A DNA stretch of 64,000 bases, taken from NCBI GenBank assembly GCA_030390025.1, contig CM059429.1:102424001-102488000 (forward strand), written 5' to 3'. This DNA is from Squalus acanthias (Eukaryota). Each line of letters starts with the position of its first letter. The first letter of the stretch is position 1. The notes under the pieces are model-generated. The model was given only the letters and a program-made list of their open reading frames with translations. It was not told where the DNA came from and made no database searches. Made by a program: the position numbers and the translations under genes. Of this stretch, positions 46,189 through 57,699 are shown piece by piece.

Positions 46189-47829
46189 AATGACACCTCC
46201 TTCAGTGGTCCGGTTCTCCTTGGCCTTCTGATGCTTGCTGAGACAGCTGCAGAACCAGCAATGCTGAGAATGAGGTTCTGCAGCATGATTGAACCTCCCC
46301 TTAAAGAACTGGAAAAAGCCTGTGGCAATGATGACTTGCGATTAGACTACACCTGAAATTGCTTAGTGTTTGAGTGTGACGTCATGAGCTAGGCCGTTAG
46401 CGTTTGATTTAGCGCTCCCATCCTTTCTTTGAGCGATGACCCTGAATTTTGCTCGCAGCGAGATTCATTAGCGCCTGGCGCTAAATCTCAAACTTTTCCA
46501 AAGTTAGCGCCCACTCCTGGGCTATAATGAATTTCTCCCCCATAGACTTTAACCACAATGAGCAGTGCTGTCCCTTTGCTAGATATGTGAAGGCCAGGCT
46601 CCAGTAGAAGGTACAACTTGGTGAGAGCCTCCTGCAGAAGCATAGACATTGAAGGCAGGTCGCTTCAGACCAGTGGCAGAGCTAGCTTCGGCCGACTGGG
46701 GGGTATCTAACTCGAGATTTGGCCGGCTTGACAGTAAGGGGACCAAGTTGGGAACTGGAGAATGCCAACTTAGCTAGTCTGAAACTGCACAGACTTGCAG
46801 GCCGAACCTGGAGGTCAAAGACACAGGTTCCTGGAAGCAAAATGGAGGCGGTCCGCCAAAGCTGTGTTGGCCGAGCTCGAAATTAATTGGGGGGGGGTCA
46901 TGACCCCACTGGCTCTGCCGCTGCTTCGAACATGTCCAAGTAGGTGTACTTCTGTTGGAATATATAATTCCTGGGCTGCCTGCAGGTGGGCGAACACCTG
47001 CCTTTTCTCTGCCCAAAGGAATTTGTCTTCCTGTACCAAATCCAGGACAGCCACTGGCAGGCGCAGTGGAATGCCTGCCTATGCTGATCACTGTGCTTGC
47101 TGCTATGGGGGACAAATGGTAGCACCAAATATGCTGATGTTGGATGCGTGCACTGAAAAAGAGTTGAACTGAAGAAAAACAGCAAGCAGCAGAAAAAAAA
47201 CACACCAGATACAATACACAAAGTTTAGTTGGCCAAGTCATAAACAGCAATCAAAATGCACCTCTCAAAAATGTTGCAACCTAGCTTTAAGTGGCGGATC
47301 GAACATCTAGGAGGCATCCCCGTGTTCATTTTATACAGGTGCTCAGGGATCGAGCAGCTGCACTGCAGTAGACTATGGGTGATCATTGAAGGACCAATTC
47401 AAATAATTCTGTCAGATTTAATGAGGCCAGCGAAAGCAGATAGCGCTGCCTCAAAGATTTCATAAACTTCTCCTGTGAAATCAGGAGTTCAGCTCTGCAA
47501 GCCTTGTATACTGCCAGTAAAGTGTTACTCCTCGACTGTGACATTGGGGAATTGGCCCTCCCAGCTCTCATTTGAGAAATCAATCTGCAAGGATTGCATT
47601 TTACTTGAACAATGAACAGCTAGTTTTGTAGCAGATATATATAAAGACATGATCATGGCCCACTGTGGTGTCTGGACAGCATTGTCTCTATTAGCACTAA
47701 GTTGATTAGATTATGATGTTGCTTAATGACCTGGTGATAAATGTTAATTGTTCATAGCACTTTATGATTGTTTTTCCAGACACACATGTCTGATAATCAA
47801 CAGTACTGGCTTAATAAAAAGGAAAAATT

Positions 47830-47980
47830 GCAAATGCTCAAAATGTGAAATTAAAACAGGAAATGCTGGAAATAGACAGCAGGGTAGACAGCATCTAGAA
47901 AAAGAAGCAATAGGTTATGATGTTTTCTGTATGTATCTTTTCTTGGTACGTTTTATTTCGGATTTCCAGCATTTGCAGTC
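47830..47980. mobile_element. Degenerate Penelope-derived palindromic remnant
   Basis: AAATGCTGGAAAT..CAGCATCT and ATTTCGGATTTCCAGCATTTGCAG, as in 26640-26690. Confidence 0.5.
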
Positions 47981-48319
47981 CTAACAGTATTAGCCTAATG
48001 GACTTCTTTCCAATATACTTGATGCATGGCCACACAAAGCACATTTTCCAGCATGCAGTTGCAGAAGGTATTTTGAGGGCGGTATCTTTCTTAAAAAATC
48101 ATGTTTTGAACTGCGAAATACAGAAGAGTGCAGATCCATAAACCGTCGACAAAAATACTTAATTTTAATCGAAAATAAGCATTGTTTTATTGAAAAAGCT
48201 ATCCAGGTGCCCATTGTGTCAACATTAGAAATTCCTGGGTTATGCAGATGGCAGGTGTCATTGTTCATTAATACGAAATGCAAACATCGCCCATTATTGA
48301 TAGGAGAACTGAGAGGTTA

Positions 48320-48770
48320 TAACTATTAAGGAAAACTGAACAGGCTGGGGCTCTTTTCTCTAGAAAGTAGAAGTCTGAAGGGTGACCTAATAGAGGTCTT
48401 TAAAATTATGAAGGGGTTTTGTCGGGTGGATGTAGGGAAGATGTTTCCACTTCTGGGGAGTCCAAAAAAAGAGGACACAAATATAAGATAGTCACCAATA
48501 AATCCATTAGGGAATTCAGGAGAAACTTCTTTACCTAGAGAGTGCTTAGAATGTGGAATTTTGCTACCACAAGGAGTAGTTGAAGCAAATAGCGTAGATG
48601 CATTTAAGGGGCAGCTGTTTAAGTACATGAGGGAGCAAAGCATAGAAGGATATGCAGATAGGGTTGGATAAATTAGGGTGGGAGGAGGCTCGTGTAGAGC
48701 ATAAACACCGGCATAGACCGGTTGGGCTGAATGGCCTGTTTCTGTGCTGTAAATTCTATGAAATTCTATG
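48320..48770 (+). mobile_element. CR1 3' fragment
   Basis: GGGTGACCTAATAGAGGTCTTTAAAATTATG..TTGGGCTGAATGGCCTGTTTCTGTGCTGT(AAATTCTATG)2. Confidence 0.88.
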
Positions 48771-49036
48771 TATTGTGTTTGATTGACCATTCTGTATCCA
48801 TGGGCCTCTCAGTCTAAGCTAAATACAGCAGAGTTTTGGCCATATCTTTAGTTCACCTGTTTAGCTTCATTTTGAATTTTGAAACATGGTTCTTTTGGTC
48901 TCAGAGCAGGGTTTAAAATACCAATGAAAGTTAAGTACTGCATTTCTCTAAAGCTGTAGATTTATTTTGCTTCCATATAAATTCAAGTCTTACAATAGAA
49001 TTTTCATACCTATCAGAAAGGTTAGGAATTTATTGG

Positions 49037-50470
49037 AACATAGGAACAGGAGTCGGCCATTTAGCACTCCCGAGCCTGTTCTGCCATTCAATGAGATCAT
49101 GGCTGACCTGTGATCTAACTCCATATGCCCATCTTTGCCCCATACCCCTTAATACCTTTGATTAACAAAAATCTATCAATCTCAGATTTAAAATTAACAA
49201 TTGATCTAGCATCAACTGCTGTTTGCGGAAGAGAGTTCCAAACTTCTACCACCCTTTACTTGTAGAAGTGTTTCCTAAGTACACTCCTGAAAGGTCTGGC
49301 TCTAATTTTTAGACTATGCCCCCTAGTCCAAGACTCCCCAACCAGCAGAAATAGTTTCTCTCTATCTACCCTATCAGTTCCCCTTAATATCTTGAAACTT
49401 CAATCAAATCACCCCTTAACCTTCTAAATTCCAGGGAATACAACCCTAGTTTGTGTAATCTCTCTTCATAATTTAAGTCTAGGAATCCAGATATCATTCT
49501 GGTAAATCTACGCTGCACTCCCTCCAAGGCCAATATATCCTTCCTAAGGTGTGGTGTCCAGAACTGCTCACAGTACTCCAGGTGTGGTCTAGCCAGGGTT
49601 TTGTATAGCTGTAGCATAACTTCTACCCCCTTATACGGTGGCATAGTGGTTAGCACTGGTGCTTCACAGCGCCAGGGACCCGGGTTCGAATCTGACCTCG
49701 GGTGACTGTCTGTGTGGAGTTTGCACATTCTCCCCGTGTCTGCGTGGGTTTCCTCCGGGTGCTCCGGTTTCCTCCCACAGTCCAAAAATGTGCGGGTTAG
49801 GTTGATTTGGCTATGATAAATTGACCCTTAGTGTTAGGGGGGGGATTAAATATGTGGGGTTATGGGGATAGGATGGGATATGTTAGGGGGAATTAAATAC
49901 GTGGGGTTACGGGGATAGGGTTGGATAGGTGCAGGCTCGATGTGGGGATTCTGTGTGAGAAAGCAGGGACAGGGTACTGGATTTGGATGATCAGCCATGA
50001 TCGCATTGAATGGTGGAGCAGGCTCGACGGGCCGAATGGCCTACTCCTGTTTCTATGTTTCTATATTCTAGTCCTCTAGATATAAAGGCCAGCATTCTAT
50101 TAACCTTTTTGATTATTTTCTGTACCTGTCCATGACATTTTAATGATCTATGTACATGGACCCCATAGTCTCTTTGAACCTCCACTGTTTCTAGCTTTTC
50201 ACCATTTAGAAAGTACCATGTTCTATCCTTTTTGGGTCCAAAGTGGATGAGCTCACACTTGCCTACATTGAAATCCATTTGCTTAATCTATTAATATCTC
50301 TTTGTAACTTTATGCTTCCTCCTACACTGCTTACAATGCCGCCTATATTTGTGTCATCGGTAAACTTGGATATGTGGCTTTCTATCCCATCATCTAAGTC
50401 GTTAATAAATATGATGAGTAGTTGAACCCCTAATACAGATCCTTGCAGGACACCACTAGTCACATCCTGA
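49037..50470 (-). mobile_element. 5'-truncated CR1 interrupted by a SINE
   Basis: VTSGVLQGSVLG..SKFTDDT, FNVGKCELIHFG, RPHLEYCEQFWTP; 3' tail at 49037-49070. Confidence 0.9.
49634..50063 (+). mobile_element. V-domain SINE (HE1-like) with CR1-derived tail
   Basis: tRNA head GGTGGCATAGTGGTTAGCAC..GGTTCGAATC, V-domain GTGTGGAGTTTGCACATTCTCCCCGTGTCTGCGTGGGTTTCCTCCGGGTGCTCCGGTTTCCTCCCAC, CR1 tail GGGCCGAATGGCCTACTCCTG. Confidence 0.9.
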
Positions 50471-51731
50471 ATGGTGGGCAACCCATAGTATTTCCAGTGA
50501 CGATCTCAGTGGTACAAGGGTAGATTGTTAACTGAAGCATGTTATCCCGGTCACTTCATGACCAATATTAAGTTTAATTTGATAGAAGCCTGGGCCTGTC
50601 TATGGAAGTTGCTTCAAAAATTACATTTTAAAAATAACACTGTGTTAATTAATGCCAATGGCTTATGATATCCCAATGTCCTGTTTTGTACAGTTAGTCT
50701 ATAATTTTGTTTGCAATAGTTTCAGCAGTGTTTGGTTGCATTTCTTGCTCCATTTGTTTTTCGTTTCTTTTAATTAAGTTCCTGGCTTTTGAAAAACAAG
50801 TGTCTGTTCCCAGTGCGTATTGATGACTGTGGGGCCGGATGTGTCTGTCAGTACTTGTAAAATGGAACATAGTGTTGTAGATTCAGGCTCCGTCATGACA
50901 TGTTTTGTTACTAAGAGAAAAATATTTATGAAATGATTATGTTCATCTGGAGATATTGTATATTTTTTTCTGTCAGTTTTAGGTAGTTAGTGAGGAGTTT
51001 CAAGTTACTTTTGATTTTCTTTTGCCTACTTTTGATTGTCAGTAAAAAAAATTGTTTGCATTACCATCAGCCTCTAATTGAAATCACTTGTTTTTAAGTA
51101 TCTGTGTCGTTTGCTGTAAAAGTTGTGAGGATTCTGGTAGTATGTCATTAATTTTCAGTAGTATGTGGGATTATGTCAAACTGAATTAATCCTGATGAGT
51201 AGCATTTTTCTGTGGCGGTTGGTTGTGTTACATCATGTCAAGATAGTAGAGGTGATGTTATGTTTACGTTCAGCAGACAGCATGGATCAGAGACAGGCAA
51301 CAACACTGAAGCCCCGATTCTGCAACTCTGCTCCCTATGAGCACAGCTTGCGCTGGGAATGTGGGATCAAAGAATCCCCCCAGCACTTATTACATTTCTT
51401 GTAGCAGATCTAAATCTCATTCTTTGCTGTTTAACTCACTGTCTCCAAGTTGGCTAGATTTATCCACAAATGTTTGTTGTGTCTTATGAATATATTTTAA
51501 TGGGTGAGAAATTTTGTGTGGAAATGTTTTTTATTTTTTTGTTAATCCTTTAGCATCTATTTTATTGAGAAGTTTTTTTCTTATTTTTTAATCTTCTCCT
51601 GATTCCCCTTCTGTCCTGAAGGCACTGACTTCTGCTTGGGCAGTTACACAGGCATAATGTAGCAATTCTTAAGAACATAAGAAATAGGAGCAGGAGTAGG
51701 TCATACGGCCCAACTTCTCAGTCCTCTGCTC

Positions 51732-52270
51732 AGTCAGTGGCTCAGTTGGTAGCCTCTGAGCCAGAGGATTGTGGGTTCAAATCCCACTCCAGAGACAAAA
51801 ATCTAGTCTTTCGGATGAGATGTTAAACTGAAGCCCCATCTGCTCTGGACGGGGCCTACAGTGGACGTAAAAGATCCCATGGCACAACTTTGAAGAGCAA
51901 GGGAGTTCTCCCCGGTGTCCTGGCCAATATTTAGCCCTCAATAAACATAAGAACAGATTATCTGGTCATTATCACATTTCTGTTTGTGGGAACTTGCTGA
52001 GCGCAAATTGGCTGCCCCCTTCCCCCACATTACAACAGTGACTACTACTTTCCGCGACCGGTGGGCGCCGCGGGGACTGGAGTGCATCATCACCCCGGGC
52101 TACCAAATTTTAATTTAATTTGTTAAGGTTTATTTAAAGTTTTATTGATTTACAGTTCATCTGGTTTAGTGTCCACACAAAAGAGTACAACAGTGACTAC
52201 ACTTCAAAAAGTACTTCATTTGGGACGTCCGGTGGTCGTGAAAGGCGCTGTATAAATGCTAAGATCTTTC
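51732..52270 (+). mobile_element. Deu-domain SINE carrying a nested Tx1-like insert
   Basis: A box GTGGCTCAGTTGG, B box GGTTCAAATCC, Deu body, tail GAAAGGCGCTGTATAAATG. Confidence 0.88.
52046..52185 (+). mobile_element. Tx1-like LINE 3' end with 15-bp TSD
   Basis: Encodes FRDRWAPRGLECIITPGYQILI* then a T-rich UTR ending CACAAAAGAG; TACAACAGTGACTAC at 52031-52045 and 52186-52200. Clade assignment by motif recall. Confidence 0.75.
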
Positions 52271-52349
52271 TCATCTCAGTCTTGTGTGATTGCAGACAAG
52301 TCACTGGCTCGAAACAGCAGTGTGTTTGGGGTGGGGAAAGAGGGAAGCT

Positions 52350-52512
52350 GGCTGACGGTCACATGACTTCCGGGTTCCTGGCGTGACTGTCAGCTGAGGG
52401 GGCGTCACGTGTTTGAGCGGCCACTCCTCCCCCCCTCCTCTCTCACGCGCACTGACGTAACTTCCGGCGTTGGAGCCGCCGGTTGTCGGGCTGCAGTGAG
52501 CGAGCGGTAAGT
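52350..52512 (+). promoter_or_regulatory. CpG-rich housekeeping-type promoter and non-coding first exon
   Basis: GTCACATGAC (52358) overlapping ACTTCCGG, GTCACGTG (52404), TGACGTAACTTCCGG (52453-52467), consensus donor GCG|gtaagt at 52506/52507; CpG-rich unique sequence to about 52700. Confidence 0.8.
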
Positions 52513-53832
52513 GTGCGGACGGCTTGGCTGCGTCGTGTGTGTGTGGGGAGAGCAGTGAGGGGCACTCATTGAACTTTGTGGCGTCTCTGCCCTGAAGTCG
52601 CCGTCTGTCTCGGTTGCGCATTTGTTATCAACACAGCAGTCTGGTTTTTTTTTGTAACGGCCTCGTTACTTCGAGCGGCCGCCTCGCCCTGTGTTGACAA
52701 CACAACAGCAGCAGCAGGGAGTGTGTGTGGGAGTGGGAGTAGGACTGGGTCCCGGGCAGCCGGTACAAACTTGGCCAGCACTGTCACACAGGCAGTGCAC
52801 TGAGGGCCATCTGGGGCTGCTGGTGTCCACACCACACCTCCGTGTGTTTCAGTGGCGCACCTTATGTAAAAACGGGTCACCTGAAGGCAGGCAGGCAGCT
52901 CCCCCCCCCCCCCCCCCCCTGAGCTTCAAGCACTTGGGGCAATGTCCGTGCAGTTAAAATGCAGCGTTAAATTCGCAATCTGGGCAGGGATTTTTCACTT
53001 GAGTCACTGTTTGCGATTGGTGTAGGTCTGCTGCAATTGCATTCCTCTCCCGGGCTGTAAATTAATATCATCACCAGCAATCATTAATGCCGGTACAACA
53101 CAAGTGCAGCAAAAGGCAACGTACTGCAGGCGCTGGACACACTCCGCAAGTTGGGCAACGTCGGTGGAGAAAGAAAAAAGCGTTGATGTTTCAGGAGTAA
53201 CACTTCGTCAGAACCTCTTGTGATTGCCAATCTTCAAAATCCTTTAGACTGAAATACTGAAAAGCAAAAAGAGGGTAAAGCGAGAAAATTAGACTTCATT
53301 CATTAATGGTGTTGCCCAATTCATTTTTTTGACTCGTGATTATTTAGATCTGTATTTACTGTAACTCATCACCTGAATGCAGTGTACAAAGTATTAGTTG
53401 CCACATCTGGCTGCCAGAGTCTGCTTTCAGGAATTCTTAGTTTTTTTTAGCATTTGGCTGTGTGAGAAGGGCAAATTGCATTGGTCTCTACAGGATACTG
53501 TTTAGTGCTCAAAATGATCAAGATTGAAGCAGATCATAGTGTTGCAGAGCACCACATGCCATCAAAGCAGTTATGCATTCAAATTGGCTCACAAACCTAC
53601 TTTAGTGAAAGGTGTGATCAAATGAGCAATCAAATGCTTTGGAGGCTGGGGAGACAAGGAAGGCAACAGTAGCTTGCATTTTATGTAGTGGCTTTCACAG
53701 AGAAAAATGTCCTTAAGCACTTGAGAGGTGTAATCAGACAAAAATGGATGCTGAGCCAAAGGAGGAGATATTAGTTGGGGTAAGCAAAAACTTGGTCCCG
53801 GGTGGATTTTAAGGAGGGGATGCGGAAGGGTT

Positions 53833-54858
53833 AGAATCATAGAATGGTTACAGCACGGAAGAAGGCTGTTTGGCCAGTTGAGCCCGTGCTGGCTCTCTGC
53901 AGGAGCACTTCAGCTAGTCCCAGTCCCCCGCCCTTTCCCCGTAACCCTGCAAATTTCTTTCCTTCAGATATTTATCCAACTCCCTTTTGAAAGCCGTGAT
54001 TGACTCTGCCTCCACCACCCTTTCAGGCAGTGCATTGCAAATGCTAACCACTCACTGCGTAAAAAAGTTTAAAATTGGTTCTTTTGCCAATCACCTTAAA
54101 TCTGTGTCCTCTGGTTCTCGACCCTTCTGCCAATGGGAACAGTTTCCCTCTATTTACCCAGTCCAGACCCCTTATGATTTTGAACACCTCTATCAAATCT
54201 TCTCTGCTCCAAGGAGAACAACCCCAGCTTCTCCAGTCTATCAACATAGCTGAAGTCTCTCATCCCTGGAACCATTCTTGTAAATCTTTTCTGCACCCTC
54301 TCTAAGGCCTTCACATCCTTCCTAAAGTGTGGTACCCAGAATTGGATACAGTACTCCATTTGGGGACGAACCAATGTTTTATACAGGTTCATAATTTCCA
54401 CACTTTTGTACTCTATGCCTCTATTTATGAAGCCCAGGATCCCGTAAGCTTTTTTAATTGCTTTCTCAACCTGCCCTGCCACCTTCAACGATTTGTGCAC
54501 AAAAATCCCCAGGTCTCTCTGTTCACGCACCCCCTTTAGGATTGTACACTTTAGTTTATATTTCCCCTCATTCTTTCTACCGAAATGTATCACTTCACAC
54601 TTTTCTGCATTAAATTTCATCTGCCACATGTCCGCCCATTCCACCAGTCTGTCTGTCCTCTTGAAGTCTATCACTATCCCCCTCACTGTTCCCTATACTT
54701 CCAAGTTTTGTCATCTGCAAATTTTGAAATTGTGCCCTGTACACCCACATCCAATTCATTAATATATATCAAGAAAAGCATTGGCCCTCGTACCGACCCC
54801 TGGGGAACACCACTGTATACCTTCCGCCAGTTCGAAAAACAACCGTTCACCACTACGT
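53833..54858 (-). mobile_element. CR1 3' fragment
   Basis: WADMWQMKFNAEKCEVIHFG..LVRPQMEYCIQFW..RTRGH; tail AGAATCATAGAAT on the plus strand. Confidence 0.9.
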
Positions 54859-54869
54859 TTCCTATCTTT

Positions 54870-56160
54870 AGGGAGGGAATTGTAGAATGTGGGCCTAGAT
54901 GACTGAAGGGGGCGGGGTGGTGTGTACAAAAAGCAAGAGTCAGAGGATTTAGGGGGAATTGTAGATCTGGAGGAGGTTATGGGGTCAGATAGGACACCGA
55001 GGTAGTGAACACTGTCTGGTTTAGTCTAAGACAATAGTCAGGAAGGGGGATCGAATCGGAGGCGAGGGTGTAGAGTTTGTAGTAGGGGCTATAGACAATG
55101 GTTTTGTCGTCATGTTTGCACTAGTAAATTGCAGGTCATAATTGGAAGTCGGACAAGCAGTCTTGTCAGCGCAGCAGTAGAGGTCAAGAAGGCTGGCGGG
55201 GAAGTAGAGCTGGGTATCCTTAGCATACACATGGAAGCCAATTATGTTTAAGTTTGTGCCACTTTGTCTTAAGTGAAATGGAGGGCATACCAGAGGGTTA
55301 ACCGAGATGGGAGAGAGTAAAGGTTTTTATTAGGACAAGGCTTCAAAGCTGTACATGGGGGAGTGGTTGTGCAGATCGACTGCTGCAGAAGTATTGTGGC
55401 AAATGGAAGGCCAAAGGCTAGACGGGTGCAATTTAGAAAGTGTAATTATAAGTGACTAAGGGGAAAGTTCTTTTAACAGGGATTGGCACAGAAGGAAGCG
55501 GAGAGCAGTGAAGTCAGAGGAGAGGGCAAGGGGAGCTGAGATGAAGATTAAATTCACCAAGGATGTGGTTGCTCAGTACAATCCAAGGGTGGATATTTGT
55601 GCAAAACTCGGTGAGGCTTGGTGGTGGTGGCAGCGGTAGACAACAAGCATTTTAAAGGAGTGGTGAAGTAAGGTTAAGTGCTCAAAGAAGCAGCTACCAG
55701 AGGAGTAGAGGGAACGACCAAGGTGTGATTTGGTGACGAGGACCACTCCGCTACCATGATGGTTTGGACCAGTGAGGTGTTGCCACCCGTGAGCCAAGTT
55801 TGTTAGGATATCAGTGCAATAACCCACAATAAGGTTGGCAAGGTCCTTGAACGCAATTGAACGGATATTCTAGAAGGCAATATGGAGAAGAGGTGATGAT
55901 TGGTCCACTGGGAGATCTAATGCAACAATGGTAGGTAGGGTGAGTTAGATAGGGAGGAGGCTGGCTTCCTGCAGGCGCACTAGGCGGCAACGTTGGCGAG
56001 AGCGGACCATGGGGTAGTTTGGGTTGGTGCATATGAGGTAGCAACGCGTGCCTCAATGGGCCCTTAGTGAAATGCTAAGAGGAGCACAGTGGGTAGTTGT
56101 GGGTTTATAATCGGGATTCAAGCCTGGAACAGTTGCAGGGGTGTAGAAAAGGAGAGGATT
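54870..56160 (-). mobile_element. Old degraded L2 (APE and RT fragments)
   Basis: MYAKDTQLY, SFKMLVVYR-type motifs and purine-rich L2 texture. Confidence 0.55.
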
Positions 56161-56430
56161 AGTGGCCCGATATATCAGCTGCACTATTTATTTTAGAACT
56201 GACATTCTGATTAGAATCTTGTCACCAGCTATGTTGTATTTCTATATTTGGAGGTTCATGGAAACGTGCATAAAAATTGAATTAAGCAATTCAAGTAAAA
56301 TAGCGCTGGAGGCTTTTTGTGTATGTGGGGGGGAAAAAATGAATAGATCACTTGAGTTACTTTGGATTAAAAGGAGTAGAATGTAAACCATTCTGTTATT
56401 TTCTAGTCTTGCACATTGAGAATTTTAGTT

Positions 56431-56655
56431 GGGAAAGTCCCAGTGATAACTTCTATAGGTAACCTCTCTTGTTCTTGGGGAAAGTCCCAGTGATAACTTC
56501 TATAGGTAACCTCTCTTGTTCTTGGGGAAAGTCCCAGTGATAACTTCTATAGTAACCTCTCTTCTTGGGGAAAGTCCCAGTGATAACTTCTATAGGTAAC
56601 CTCTCTTCTTGGGGAAAGTCCCAGTGATCACTTCTATAGGTAACCTCTCTTGTTC
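56431..56655. repeat. Tandem repeat, about 5 x 43-47 bp, each unit with a kB site
   Basis: Unit GGGAAAGTCCCAGTGATAACTTCTATAGGTAACCTCTCTTGTTCTTG; reverse complement of the unit start contains GGGACTTTCC. Confidence 0.95.
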
Positions 56656-56929
56656 TCCAAGAGTAATACTAGTCAATCTCCTTTTGGCATTGCACACGGG
56701 GAGTCAGGACCAAATGTAGTCTTCAGGTGAAGTGGAGTTTGGGGACCAGGACTAATTTGGGCAAGGTGTGCAGATGTAATTCAGTTCTCATTTTAAAGTC
56801 ATACATTCTGTCAATATTTGGATTTGATTATTTATAAAGTCGTTTATATCAATTTGGAAGTAGAGTTGGTTGGAGCATAGGTGTTTTTCTGCAGCACAAA
56901 GTGAGGGGCCAGCAAAAGGAAGGAAGGAA

Positions 56930-57100
56930 GAGCTTGCATTAATGTAGTGATTTTGACAACCTCAAGATGCTCCAAAGTGCCTCACAGCCAATGAAGTACT
57001 TTTGACGTGCAGTCACTTTTGTACTGGAGGCAAACACAGCAGCCAATTTGCACACAGCAAGGTTCCAAAAATAGCAATAAGGTAAATGACCAGATCTGGA
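56930..57100 (-). mobile_element. Deu-SINE 3' half
   Basis: CACAGCCAATGAAGTACTTTTGA..CAGCCAATTTGCACACAGCAAG..ATGACCAGAT. Confidence 0.75.
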
Positions 57101-57699
57101 GAATCAAAACTGAGATGCCACCACTGCGGGAGGGTGGAATTACAGCATAACAAGTTTACATGGATAGTTGTCATTATAAATATGGAGATGGGACTTTTGA
57201 ATACAAAGTTGACAGGAACCTGACAAAAGGATGGGAGATCCTGTAGACAGCAGGTGTGCAGCCGTAAAATTGTAAAGTATGTACTTATTTTGTGCTTACA
57301 TTGTGCAACACCCACTGCTAGCAAGATGGGCAGCCATGCAGGTTACCTGCTCCAAGGTGTCTGCCAGTACTGTTCTGAAACACAATTCAAGGAGTAGCTT
57401 GGGATGATCTTCCTCATTTCTTTCTTCCTTCTATAGGGGAATGCCTGGTGCTCCAAAAGTGGCATGGCTGGGATTGGAAACTTGTGTCCCATCACTTTTT
57501 TTTGCATTGCTGTTTCAAAAAGGTGTGCCACCAGGCTGCTCTGTTGCACATGATTTTATATAATATAGTGTATCAAATGGTTTATTTTCCTCATTCTCCC
57601 TAAGGACTGTTCCCAGGCATCTTCAGATGTTGGTTGAGACAGATGCTGTGAGACATGTGAGCAGATTAAGTTGTTTTCTGGTATTTATAAAATATATAT

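Larger units (their letters stand above)
42500..46541 (+). mobile_element. Near full-length PIF/Harbinger DNA transposon
   Basis: TIR GGGGAGAAATTCA / TGAATTTCTCCCC(C), ATA on both flanks, convergent transposase (+) and Myb/SANT (-) genes with AATAAA-rich spacer 44115-44290. Confidence 0.93.

Noticed and set aside
49634-49700. tRNA gene (also 51735-51790 and 62210-62280)
   Set aside because: A/B boxes belong to SINE heads; no complete cloverleaf, and each continues into a SINE body.
56431-56655. CRISPR-like array
   Set aside because: Units are contiguous near-identical repeats without unique spacers; eukaryotic context and no cas genes.
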